64,000 nucleotides of DNA from NCBI GenBank assembly GCA_963691875.1, contig OY829846.1, positions 992,001 through 1,056,000 of the forward strand, read 5' to 3'. Below the pieces are notes generated by a model that was not told the origin of the DNA, ran no database searches, and worked only from the letters and a program-made list of their open reading frames with translations. This document shows positions 42,456 to 52,167 of the stretch, piece by piece. This DNA is from Aureliella sp. Lineage in GTDB: Bacteria > Planctomycetota > Planctomycetia > Pirellulales > Pirellulaceae. The position numbers and the translations under genes were made by a program. Each line of letters starts with the position of its first letter. Position 1 is the first letter of the stretch.

Positions 42456-43409
42456 GTGATCAAGATTCGCGGTTTCTGTAATACGGATATCTATGCGATT
42501 TGCGAGCTATGGAACACGCATCACGCCGACGTTCCTGGGACGCAAGAGATGAATCCGTTGCGTCTCGAGCTGAGTTGCCTGGCCAAGCCTTACTTCGAGC
42601 CGTCGCAGCTGCTGATTGCCGAGGAAGATTTTGGAACGCCGCTTGGCTTTATTCACTTCGGACCCGTTGCCGCACAAAATGGTGATGATGTCGAACAGAA
42701 CGCCAACGCCATTCATGCACTTTGTGTACGTCCCGACGCTCGCGAAGCTGAAGTCGCTGGTTTATTACTTTCTCAGTTGAAACTCTCCGGTGAACAACGA
42801 GCAGTCGCCTTTCGCCCTACTCTCCCGAACGCTGCCTACTATCTTGGCGTCGCGCCTGCGGATGCCATATCCGGCGTCATCGCGGAAGAGTATCGATTGT
42901 GCAACTGGCTTTCCGCCGCAGGGTTTGCTCCAGGCACTCCAACTTGCTTGTGGGAGTTGCAGCTAGCGTTTTTCCAGCCACCGGTGGATCGGAATCAAAT
43001 CCAAATCCGCCGAAGCTGTCAAGTCGAGTCCAATGAAGACGCGGAACTCCCCTGGTGGCACGCATGTGTTCTAGGACATGCCGAACCAGCGACCTTCGAA
43101 CTACGGCGCAAAGCAGATCGCCAGCTACTTACTTCATCCTTGTTCTGGTCGCTCGCCGCCGAAATGCAAGATCCCACCCAGAGCGCGTACTGGTGGTGGC
43201 CCAAGTTTACGCCAGAAGATAACGTTAACACAAACCAGCGACTTCACTTGCTCGCGGAATCGCTTAGAGCACTACAAAAGAGCGGCGTCGATGTAGTCAG
43301 AACTTCAACTTTTGTCGAAGACTCAGAGCAAGCCGACATTCTCCATCGTCTCGGCTTCTCCCCCGCGAGCAACGGAATGCTCTTCTCTAAACCCCAGGAC
43401 GAATCGTAG
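42456..43409 (+). CDS. Hypothetical protein, tandem GNAT-like fold
   Basis: IRGF...I.ELWN, LGFIH, LCVRP and C-terminal LHRLGF. The start is placed at GTG 42456. Confidence 0.7.
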   Translation: MIKIRGFCNTDIYAICELWNTHHADVPGTQEMNPLRLELSCLAKPYFEPSQLLIAEEDFGTPLGFIHFGPVAAQNGDDVEQNANAIHALCVRPDAREAEVAGLLLSQLKLSGEQRAVAFRPTLPNAAYYLGVAPADAISGVIAEEYRLCNWLSAAGFAPGTPTCLWELQLAFFQPPVDRNQIQIRRSCQVESNEDAELPWWHACVLGHAEPATFELRRKADRQLLTSSLFWSLAAEMQDPTQSAYWWWPKFTPEDNVNTNQRLHLLAESLRALQKSGVDVVRTSTFVEDSEQADILHRLGFSPASNGMLFSKPQDES

Positions 43410-43416
43410 GTCATTC

Positions 43417-43466
43417 GTAGCGGCAGTCGTCGAGACTATCTTGTAGCCGAATTCGTCAAGATGTTC
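43417..43466 (+). repeat. Two tandem GTAG-type REP-like palindromes
   Basis: GTAGCGGCAGTCGTCGAGACT and GTAGCCGAATTCGTCAAGATGTTC lie directly after a stop codon. Each is GTAG followed by an imperfect hairpin. Confidence 0.5.
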
Positions 43467-43639
43467 TTTCTAGCAGATAATCTGAAGTTTTCTGTGGTGG
43501 TGATGAAGTAACGAACCCAAGAGCAGGGCTCCCCGACGCAATCGGATCGCCAAAGCAAGACGTCATGCACGGCTGAGTGTTAAACGAAGCGACATAAAGT
43601 CATGCCAAATTGCACTATGAGTTGATTACAAATCAAAGC

Positions 43640-44869
43640 CTATCCCGAACGGAGAATCCACTTGGATACGGCCGGGGGCTGCAGTTTGCTGGCTCCCAAG
43701 AATTCGGCGAGCTGGGAGAAGCGTTGTTTGTCATTGCGTTTGAACTTTACGGAAGCCTTAAAATCCTCTTCCAGGAAGACTGCTTTCACTTCGAGCCGTG
43801 ACTCATCGCGGTGCAACTTGGCGTCAAACCTGCCGGCAAACACTCCGTTGTGCAGAATCGACAAGACATAGTACCCGAACTGGCGTTTTGACTCAGGCAC
43901 ATAGATCTCAATCCGGTAGTGAAAACCAAGTAAATCCTCCGCCCGTTGTCGCTGCCAGAGCAGAGAGTCAAATGGACAAATAAAAGTGGTTCCTGTTGGG
44001 GCCGGAAGATCGGGTGCATCTCCGAGTTCCTGCAGCACGTAATACGTTTCCTTGCAGCCTTCTACCTGCACCGCCACAATCGTCCTCTCGCGCAGATTGC
44101 GTTGAATTACCGCGCGACGCTCCTCTGCATTCAAAGAGGGAGCAGTCCAGTAGTACTTCAAATGGCTTTCGGAAGCAAATCCATTGCCACGCAATCCGAT
44201 AAGCAACCAACTGTCATGGTATTGCTTTATAGAAGCAGCCAGTGTGTCGACTGGATAGACTCGCTCCGCCAAGTCAAATTGCTTTCGAAATCTCAAGCGT
44301 GAGTCGAACGCAAGTTTTCCAGCATGCCACAGCAGCCCCAAGCTGCGTTTGTCTTCCTTGGGGGTGGCCGCCCCCCAGCCAAGCAGAGAACGATCGGCCT
44401 TGTCCTTTGCCGTTGGCTCGAAATCGGCACTCTCGAGAGAGCCATTTTGACGAATCAGCTTGAGGACCCGCCGCTTTGACTCTGGGCTGGTCTTGTGCCT
44501 CGACCAATTCGCGGCATTCTCCCAACAGTTGGGGGGAAAACGCTTCATCCGTCGTTTGCCAAGTGGCAAATGCGAAATCGGCAGAATCGACGCCTCGTGC
44601 CCCCAGTACTCGTAGGCCAGACGATCTTGGTAAAGCCATGAGTCGACTCTCGCGCGGTCATAGTTTCCGAATCGCGACCACAGAGTCAGATAGTGAGCAC
44701 GATCCAAGACGTTGACGGAGTCGACTTGCAATCCGCCAAGGCGTTCGAGCTCTTCGACAAAGGTCGCTGCAGTGAGCGTTCGAGGCCGCGAGCAATCAAG
44801 CAGTCCTTGTTGGCTAAGCCAAAGCCGGACGACTTGCTGCTGTGAAATCTTGGGAAGCTGATCTGGCAA
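43640..44869 (-). CDS. YcaQ/AlkZ-like winged-helix DNA crosslink glycosylase (HTH_42)
   Basis: LQVDSVNVLDRAHY (QxD motif), YEYWGHEAS, PFDSLLW.R.R and YRIEIYVP..KRQFGYYVL. Confidence 0.9.
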   Translation of the reverse strand: MPDQLPKISQQQVVRLWLSQQGLLDCSRPRTLTAATFVEELERLGGLQVDSVNVLDRAHYLTLWSRFGNYDRARVDSWLYQDRLAYEYWGHEASILPISHLPLGKRRMKRFPPNCWENAANWSRHKTSPESKRRVLKLIRQNGSLESADFEPTAKDKADRSLLGWGAATPKEDKRSLGLLWHAGKLAFDSRLRFRKQFDLAERVYPVDTLAASIKQYHDSWLLIGLRGNGFASESHLKYYWTAPSLNAEERRAVIQRNLRERTIVAVQVEGCKETYYVLQELGDAPDLPAPTGTTFICPFDSLLWQRQRAEDLLGFHYRIEIYVPESKRQFGYYVLSILHNGVFAGRFDAKLHRDESRLEVKAVFLEEDFKASVKFKRNDKQRFSQLAEFLGASKLQPPAVSKWILRSG

Positions 44870-45083
44870 AACGAAACATTCCGACTTGCGTTATACTGTG
44901 ACGCAAAGTTGCAAATGATGCAGCGTCTGTGGCGACCGGCAGAAGTACTTCTACCCAGTGAAAGTGAATCGCGCAGGCGAATACTGCTCGGAAACGAACT
45001 TGGACTAGCACGTTCTGACTTGCCGTCCACCTTAGAAGCCCGGTTTGTAAGTCAGATTCCACGAAGTTACAAGAAAGCACAAA

Positions 45084-46100
45084 GTGAAGGTTGAATGCTT
45101 AAAGTTTGATTTGCCGCTGCGAGATCCCTTCACCATTGCTCGCGGTACGGTGACCGTTCAGCCGACACTGATCGTTCGAGTCGAACGAGATGGCTTGGTT
45201 GGGTTCGGCGAAGCGACGACGAACGATTTCTACGGAATCACTCTTGAGTCGATGGAAGCGGCGCTGGATCGAGTGCGCGGCAAGCTCGAAAACTGCGAAT
45301 TAGAAAACCCTGCGGTGGTTTGGAAAGAGCTGGATGAGGACTTGCGGGACTGCCGCTTCGCCCAGTGCGCATTGGACTGCGCAGTCTGGGATTTGTACGC
45401 CAAGCAGCTGGGACTCCCCCTTTGGAAGTTGTGGGGATTTGAAGCTTCGGACCCAAGACCGCCAACTTGTTTTACGATCGGGCTGGATTCCCCCGAAGAG
45501 ATGGTCCGTAAACTTCACGATCGCCCAGGATGGCCCGTCTACAAGATCAAACTCGATGCGTCAGGCGGACTCGACCTAGTACAAGAGCTGCGTAAACACA
45601 CCGATGCGAAGTTTCGCGTGGACGCCAACTGCTCCTGGAAGCCTGAACAAGTCCGGACGCTCGCCGCGGAATTGGCTGCGCAAAACGTCGAGTTGATTGA
45701 GCAACCGCTCGAGCACTTGGAATATGACGCGATGCGCGAATTCAAAGGCAATTGCGCCCTGCCACTGATGGCGGATGAAAGTTGCCAAGTCGAATCAGAT
45801 GTAGATCGCTGCATTCCAAGTTTCGACGCAATCAATATCAAGCTTGTCAAATGCGGTGGCTTGACACCTGCGAGGCGTATGATTGCACGTGCGAAACAAC
45901 GAGGCCTGCAAGTGATGGTTGGATGCATGACGGAATCCAGCATCGGAATTTCCGCTGGCGTCCACCTCTTGCCTTTGCTTGACTATGCTGATCTAGATGG
46001 AGCCCTGCTGCTGGAAAAAGATATTGCGCGAGGCTTGAGCTGGGAGCAGGGAGTTTGCGACCTACCCAATGCCCCCGGACTTGGCGTGGAACTGGTTTAG
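45084..46100 (+). CDS. Dipeptide (L-Ala-D/L-Glu) epimerase, enolase superfamily
   Basis: FTIARG, YKIKL (KxK), VDAN, IEQP, ADES, NIKLVKCGG, GCMTES and DLDG. Confidence 0.93.
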   Translation: MKVECLKFDLPLRDPFTIARGTVTVQPTLIVRVERDGLVGFGEATTNDFYGITLESMEAALDRVRGKLENCELENPAVVWKELDEDLRDCRFAQCALDCAVWDLYAKQLGLPLWKLWGFEASDPRPPTCFTIGLDSPEEMVRKLHDRPGWPVYKIKLDASGGLDLVQELRKHTDAKFRVDANCSWKPEQVRTLAAELAAQNVELIEQPLEHLEYDAMREFKGNCALPLMADESCQVESDVDRCIPSFDAINIKLVKCGGLTPARRMIARAKQRGLQVMVGCMTESSIGISAGVHLLPLLDYADLDGALLLEKDIARGLSWEQGVCDLPNAPGLGVELV

Positions 46101-49100
46101 GTCCAGCTTGAAATCACCGCAAGTACTTCGGCAGGCATCTACAAAATCACCGTACAGAGTCTGAATGAGTTCTGTTTCGGAACCGTCGATCGCTTTCTCC
46201 ATCGCATCCATCACGCTTTCGATGCGTTTCATACCGAATGTTCCTCCCGACCCGCGGATCTCATGAGCCATGCGTTTTAGCTCCGGCAGATCCAGCTCGC
46301 GCACCAGTCCTTCCATCGCATCGAGTTTTTCAACCGTGCTCGAAAGGAAGTCACGTCCAAACTGTTGCATGTAAGGGGCAAGATTCTCACTGCTGCCTGC
46401 TGCTGATGCGGTTTCAGAAGCATCCTCCAGAACCAACTCAGTCTCAGCCCCCCGACTGGAAATATTGCAGAACCGACGCGCGTTTTGGAGCAACTGCTGG
46501 AAGTCGATCGGCTTGGTCAAGAAATCACAGCAGCCAGCCTCTAGGCATCGCTCTTGATCGCCTTCCATGCTGTTGGCAGTGAGAGCGACGATGGGTTGAC
46601 CATAGCCCAATGCCTTTAGCTCACCTGCGGCAGTGTAACCATCCATGACCGGCATTTGCATATCGAGTAGTACGAGGTCGAAACTGCCAGCCACAGCTGA
46701 CGCAACGGCCTCGGCACCATTTTCGACCAAGTGTACTGTCGCTCCGGCAGAGGTGAGCAGATGTTCGATGATTTCGCGATTTGCTTCCACGTCGTCAGCG
46801 ACAAGAATATTAGCACCATCTAATCGAATCACTTCATCGACCTGTTTTAGCGATTGGACTGAGGCCTCGGCTGCGTCAAGCATCTCTACGCCCGAGATAT
46901 CGCCGGTAGCAATCGTCACGCGGAAAATGCTTCCCACGCCCACTTCCGAGCTGATGCTGATTCCGCCTCCAAGCGCTTCGGACAGCTTCTTGGAGATCGA
47001 CAAGCCAAGACCGGTCCCGCCAAACTGCCGAGTGGTAGATGCATCGGCTTGTGTGAAGGGATCAAAGATTTTCGCAACCTGCTCCGAGCTGATTCCAATT
47101 CCTGTGTCACAGACATCTATCTGAAACTGAGGCGACGCTCCCTCGGTCAATTTCAACACAACACGCACACCACCTTCGCTGGTAAACTTAATCGCATTCC
47201 CAACCAAGTTCATCACGATCTGTCGAACTCGAGTTGGGTCGCTATAGATGGTGCTCGGGACCTGGCCTTCGACCTCAACCTCCAGCGAAATCCCCTTCTC
47301 GCTGGCCCTCGATTCCATTGCTGAAGCAGCGTCGCTGACAAGCTCAAGTGGATTCATCGCGAGGGATTCAACCTCAAGATGCTCGGCTTCGATCTTTGAG
47401 AAATCAAGCAAATCGTTTAGCAGGGCGAGCAGATGCTCACCATTATTGTGAATCCGCCGGAGATAAAGCTCCTGAGTTTCCGCATCAACTTCACGAGTAC
47501 GCAGAATCTCGGTGAAGCCCAAAACAGCACTCATCGGAGTGCGGATTTCGTGGCTCATGCAAGCCAGGAACTCACTCTTCGACTCACTGGCTCTTTCAGC
47601 TGCGGTCTTCGCCTTTTCGAGTTTTGCTTGCGTGTCGCGTAGTTCGTTTGCGGTCCGTTCCAGTTCCTTTGAACGCTGCACGACGGCTTCGGTGCGCTCT
47701 TGAACTCGGTTCTCCAAGCTTTCGTTCAGTGCCTCCAGCTGCTCCCACCCATCGGCTCGTTCGAGGGCTCCACCGGCTGCTGAGGCTAGATAGTTCGCGA
47801 TGCGGCATTCATCGTCACCAAACAAGCTACTCAAATGCGTATTGGCAACGTAGAGGAAAAACCTTGATTGCTCATTCAGCAAAATGGGACAAGCAAGAAA
47901 AGCTCCGGTCTGCTCCAGCGCCACTCCGTGACGATCGATTTGTTCCTTGCGAGCCAAGATGCTCTGTCCTTCGCAGGCGGATCGAGCCACCAGTTCGGGA
48001 TCAAACTCACGCGAATCTGCTGCCTGTTGCACGACGCGAAATCCGGATTCAGCCGCTTCCAGGATCAGGACACGATCTCCTCGAAGAAGTCGAGTCGTGG
48101 CAGCGAGCGTTTCCGAAAGTACATCGCTGGCGGAATTCGCGGCGACGATCTGCCTTCCCGCATCTAGCAGTTTCTCAAAGCGGTCCATCAAAGAAAGCGA
48201 AGCAGTCTGGGCACCGGCAACCACACTACCTTCAATTTCCTTCAGGTATTCCGTCGCGCGGCGAAAACGCTCCGCAGTGCTCTCCGACGGCTTGTTCTCG
48301 TTTTGCAGGCGACATAGCTCGAGCTCGGACAACGCGGCTTCATACTTGGCACCTTGTTCTTCCGCAACACGAATACTCTTGTACAGCAGGCGTATCGCCA
48401 ACCGAACGCTTCCTTGCATAGCCTCGAACAAAGCCTTCTCTCGCAAAGCATGAGGCAGCTCGTTCTGGAATCGTCTTCCGAGAAACAGCCCAGCTCTGGT
48501 AGCTTTGCCAAGTCGCTTGAGCAGCGAATCGCGACGCCGCTTTGTCTTGGGCGGATCGGTCTCCAGTAATCGACGTAAAGAAGTGGCGAGCCAGGTGTAG
48601 TTCGGAGTGATGTAGGCGTTGATGACGCCGGTAGCTCGCACAGCCGTAACAGCTTGCTCAAAACAATCGATTGCGGCTTCGTATTTTTGCTCGAGATGTT
48701 TCTTTACGCCATCTGCCAGATGGAGCTGACAAGAAGCTTGGTGATCACGCTTGTCGCGGCCTAGTTCCGTAGCGATCGCGTCCGCCGGAACCGCGCCAAG
48801 GCTAGCTCGCACCCAAATATCAATGGCGTTTCCTGAGGACTGATCGTCTCCCAGCTTGATGGCCGAATCGTATAGGTCACGCGCTGCTTCGGCTGCATCT
48901 TTCAGCTGCCCCATTCGATACAGGCTAGCCGCATACTGATACTGGGCCATGTGGATTTCCCAGTAGTCGCCCGTTCTCTCTAGTACGCTGACTGCTTGCT
49001 CAGCCTGATTCTTGCACTCGTCAAACTTTGCACCTGAATAGAACATGATGCTCAAGAAGTTGCGGGACTGTCCTTGCCCCCACATGTCTTGAGCGCTCTT

Positions 49101-51905
49101 ACGGATTTGCAGGGAACGGCGAGCATAGTCGAGCCCGCGTTTCTGCCAAGGAATGAGGCTCATGACTGGAGCATGCTCAGAGTAAGCTTGAGCCAACTCA
49201 AGGGTTGGTTCGTAAATCTCAGCCAAGTTCAACTCTCGGAGGTGCGCCCACAAGGTGTAGTACTTGTCACGCACGTACCAGTAGCAATGCGCTAACTTCG
49301 AATAGAGCTTCCATGTCAAACGCTCGCCTTGCGTTGGAGTCTTGCGTCGCCCTGTAGTGATCCGTGGTGCAATCGAATGGACTGCTTGAACGGCTAGTTC
49401 GCGAGTCAGCATAGCCATCAAGCCGACCTTGGTTCTCGGAACTGGATTGCCAGCGTCCCGCAACGCCTGCTCGAAGAGATCCATCGCTTCGCCCTTATCG
49501 CCTTTCTTGAAAGCAAGGTCTCCTTGCTTGAGCCGCACTTTGGCTACACCGAGTGAGCCAGTGGCCGAGCTGAGGGCACGATCGAACCACTCTTCCGCCT
49601 CATCGTAGCGTCCGAGAAGCAAGAGCGTATCGGCCAGCCCTACTTCAATCGCGTGCCGTTTGTGTGGACTTAGAGTCTCAGCAGAAGGATGTTCTTGACC
49701 GGCCTCGCCAAGCTGCTTGTCAGGAAAAGCACGAATCGCGATTCGATATTGAGCTTCGGCAGTGTCCAGCGCGTAGCGTTTACGCGCCTCCTTGGCAGCT
49801 TTCAAGGCAGGAGACCACGCGTGGTCAGGAAGCTGCGCCGCATCAAAATGATACGCCAGATCAAAGTAGCGATCTGCTTCATGCTTCTGCAGGTAGTGAG
49901 CGATCCGAGCATGTAACTCTTGGCGGTCTTCGTCTTCTATCCTAGAAACAACCGCTTCTCGAATCTTGTCGTGGACGAACGCAATCTGACCGTCTGGCTT
50001 CAGCCACACGAGCCCTTGCTCACGCACCGCATCGATCAAGCGGAACGCATTATCAATATCGACATCTGTCAGAGCGACCGGCACTTGAATATCAAACTGC
50101 TTGCCGATGACTGCACCGACGGCCAGCAGATCAGCGGTGTCTTCTTCTAAGAACTCGAGACGCTTGAGCAAGACGTTTGCTGAATCCGCAGCGGCTTGGA
50201 ATCCTTTTAGCTGTTCTTTATCTAGTCGCCAGCCAGTTCCTTGGGGCACCAATGTCTTGGACTCGACGAGTCCTCGCATCGCAGCTGCAGCCAAGAAGGG
50301 ACTTCCTTGACTCATTGCCGTTACACTATCCTTTACCTCGACAGGCAGTTTACCGGCCATCGATTCGACGAGGACATGGATTCCTTCTGTCTCCAACTCG
50401 CCGAAATGAAGCTCCGTTGCGGCTGGCAGCGCGGCTAAAACCTCTTCGCTCATACGCTCCTGAGGGCGACTACCGATGAGCAAGAATATGGACTCGGGGC
50501 TGCGTTTTGCGAAGTCCTCAAGAACGTGCAAAGAAGGTTTGTCGAGCCACTGGCAATCGTCTAGGCAAAGCAAAGCTGGCCCATTAGCTGCGCAGCAACG
50601 CAGGGCTTCCCCGAAAGCCGTGATAACCCGCCCTTGTCCAATCTCTTCTGGCCCCACCAGCGACTCACCCGCCCAGCCTAGCACTTCGGCCAAATTAGGC
50701 ATCGCCACCGCGACTTCCTGTTGATACTCGGACAACGCTTTAGCCACCCGGGCTGATTCATCCTGACTGTACCGGAGCCGCTTTGCCAAATGATCCACCA
50801 GCGTTAGCAGTGGAGCCAACGGCTCCTGCGTCGCCTGGTCCGATGCTACACTGTGATAAACACTGAAGCCGCGTTGGGCCGCAACTCTTTTCGCCTCCAG
50901 CAATAATCGACTCTTGCCCATGCCGGACTTGCCGATTGCAATCATCGTCCGGTGTTCTCCAGACGCGACTTCAGCAATTTCCCTCTTGATCGAATCCATT
51001 TCTCTTTCGCGACCAACGAAAGAAGGTTCGGTCAACTCCGATCTCTCGTCGTGACAGCCAATGGTGACGCTCGAAAGGTCACCGTCGTGCTGAATAGCTT
51101 TGCGCAAATCACGGAGATCAGCCAGGGCAGAGGAGGCAGATTGATAGCGATCGCGAACGTCTTTCTCCAACAAGCGATCGATGAATTGAATCATGACATC
51201 TGGAGTTTTGCTATCCAATCCCTCGTAAGAGGGCGAACACGTCAGATGTTTAAAAAGTACGTCGCCAACATCCTCTCCGGCAAACAGTGGGCGTCTCATT
51301 AGGGCATGAAAGAGTACGACACCTAAAGAATATAAATCAGAGGCCGGCGTAACATCGTGTTCCAAACTGCCGGATAGCTCCGGCGATGCAAAGGACGCGA
51401 ACTCAAGCGCTTGAGCGCCATGGTTGCCGAAGGCTTGAGCCAGACAAATGGGACCGTAACCGCCGAGCACGAACCGATTGTCCTTGGTGCGAACAATATG
51501 GGTGCTGCGGATATCTCTCTGGATTATGTCAATGCTATGCACCGCCTGCAAAGCGCTCAGGCAAGCCTCGCCGACATCCAGAACTAACTCTTGCTTATCT
51601 GAGGAATTACTTTCCTCCAAGGCAATGTGCGAAAGTGGCGTGCCATGGATGAAGGGGTAGGCCAGGTAAACCCAGTCTTGCTCAACACCATGCGCCAACG
51701 GTCGACACAGTCCATCGTTCTCAAGTTGCCGCAGTCGTTTTGCCTCGTGCTCCATTCGAAGCAGCCACCCTTGCGAGACTAAATCAGCCCGAATGGCGCG
51801 CAGCACACATTTTTGCCCCGTGGGGCTACTGGCAAAGGCAGTGAAGTTGATCTCAGTCTTTTGTTGGACGTTGCTAACTGCAAAACTTCCAAACTCTGAA
51901 AGCAT
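46062..51905 (-). CDS. Hybrid sensor: kinase-like domain + AAA/STAND ATPase + TPR + GAF-like + HisKA/HATPase + REC + HPt
   Basis: FASPE/SDLYSLG, FVGRE, GKSGMGKS, LDDCQW, FVHD, MSHEIRTP, NLVGNAIKFT, DTGIG, GGTGLGL, LLDMQMP, KP and AHEIRGSGG. Confidence 0.93.
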   Translation of the reverse strand: MLSEFGSFAVSNVQQKTEINFTAFASSPTGQKCVLRAIRADLVSQGWLLRMEHEAKRLRQLENDGLCRPLAHGVEQDWVYLAYPFIHGTPLSHIALEESNSSDKQELVLDVGEACLSALQAVHSIDIIQRDIRSTHIVRTKDNRFVLGGYGPICLAQAFGNHGAQALEFASFASPELSGSLEHDVTPASDLYSLGVVLFHALMRRPLFAGEDVGDVLFKHLTCSPSYEGLDSKTPDVMIQFIDRLLEKDVRDRYQSASSALADLRDLRKAIQHDGDLSSVTIGCHDERSELTEPSFVGREREMDSIKREIAEVASGEHRTMIAIGKSGMGKSRLLLEAKRVAAQRGFSVYHSVASDQATQEPLAPLLTLVDHLAKRLRYSQDESARVAKALSEYQQEVAVAMPNLAEVLGWAGESLVGPEEIGQGRVITAFGEALRCCAANGPALLCLDDCQWLDKPSLHVLEDFAKRSPESIFLLIGSRPQERMSEEVLAALPAATELHFGELETEGIHVLVESMAGKLPVEVKDSVTAMSQGSPFLAAAAMRGLVESKTLVPQGTGWRLDKEQLKGFQAAADSANVLLKRLEFLEEDTADLLAVGAVIGKQFDIQVPVALTDVDIDNAFRLIDAVREQGLVWLKPDGQIAFVHDKIREAVVSRIEDEDRQELHARIAHYLQKHEADRYFDLAYHFDAAQLPDHAWSPALKAAKEARKRYALDTAEAQYRIAIRAFPDKQLGEAGQEHPSAETLSPHKRHAIEVGLADTLLLLGRYDEAEEWFDRALSSATGSLGVAKVRLKQGDLAFKKGDKGEAMDLFEQALRDAGNPVPRTKVGLMAMLTRELAVQAVHSIAPRITTGRRKTPTQGERLTWKLYSKLAHCYWYVRDKYYTLWAHLRELNLAEIYEPTLELAQAYSEHAPVMSLIPWQKRGLDYARRSLQIRKSAQDMWGQGQSRNFLSIMFYSGAKFDECKNQAEQAVSVLERTGDYWEIHMAQYQYAASLYRMGQLKDAAEAARDLYDSAIKLGDDQSSGNAIDIWVRASLGAVPADAIATELGRDKRDHQASCQLHLADGVKKHLEQKYEAAIDCFEQAVTAVRATGVINAYITPNYTWLATSLRRLLETDPPKTKRRRDSLLKRLGKATRAGLFLGRRFQNELPHALREKALFEAMQGSVRLAIRLLYKSIRVAEEQGAKYEAALSELELCRLQNENKPSESTAERFRRATEYLKEIEGSVVAGAQTASLSLMDRFEKLLDAGRQIVAANSASDVLSETLAATTRLLRGDRVLILEAAESGFRVVQQAADSREFDPELVARSACEGQSILARKEQIDRHGVALEQTGAFLACPILLNEQSRFFLYVANTHLSSLFGDDECRIANYLASAAGGALERADGWEQLEALNESLENRVQERTEAVVQRSKELERTANELRDTQAKLEKAKTAAERASESKSEFLACMSHEIRTPMSAVLGFTEILRTREVDAETQELYLRRIHNNGEHLLALLNDLLDFSKIEAEHLEVESLAMNPLELVSDAASAMESRASEKGISLEVEVEGQVPSTIYSDPTRVRQIVMNLVGNAIKFTSEGGVRVVLKLTEGASPQFQIDVCDTGIGISSEQVAKIFDPFTQADASTTRQFGGTGLGLSISKKLSEALGGGISISSEVGVGSIFRVTIATGDISGVEMLDAAEASVQSLKQVDEVIRLDGANILVADDVEANREIIEHLLTSAGATVHLVENGAEAVASAVAGSFDLVLLDMQMPVMDGYTAAGELKALGYGQPIVALTANSMEGDQERCLEAGCCDFLTKPIDFQQLLQNARRFCNISSRGAETELVLEDASETASAAGSSENLAPYMQQFGRDFLSSTVEKLDAMEGLVRELDLPELKRMAHEIRGSGGTFGMKRIESVMDAMEKAIDGSETELIQTLYGDFVDACRSTCGDFKLDLNQFHAKSGGIG

Positions 51906-52167
51906 GGTCTCTTCTCATGAAGACACTAATGACCCCACCCGAAAGTGGCAATTCCTTCCGGGTTAGGCCAATCATTCCGGATTGGTGGAAAATGCACCGC
52001 GTAAGTGTAGGTCACCCTAAGCGTCCTGACGCGAATTCGCGGCAAGGGAATCCGCCTAGTCACCGACCGGGAGTCGTTATTTTCGTAGGAATTCGCTTAC
52101 CAATTGATATGATTCGTGCAAAAACCGCCCTTTCCGAAGAGCGGTAATAGCCTACGGGGAGCCCCTG

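Noticed and set aside
46062..46100. 39-nt 3' overlap of the epimerase and hybrid kinase genes
   Set aside because: Short convergent overlaps are common, and the kinase tail lies past the HPt domain.
47624..48421. 265-aa plus-strand ORF and other long antisense ORFs (e.g. 13345-13953, 19361-19933)
   Set aside because: They lie opposite well-supported genes, have Arg/Pro-rich shadow composition and show no motifs.
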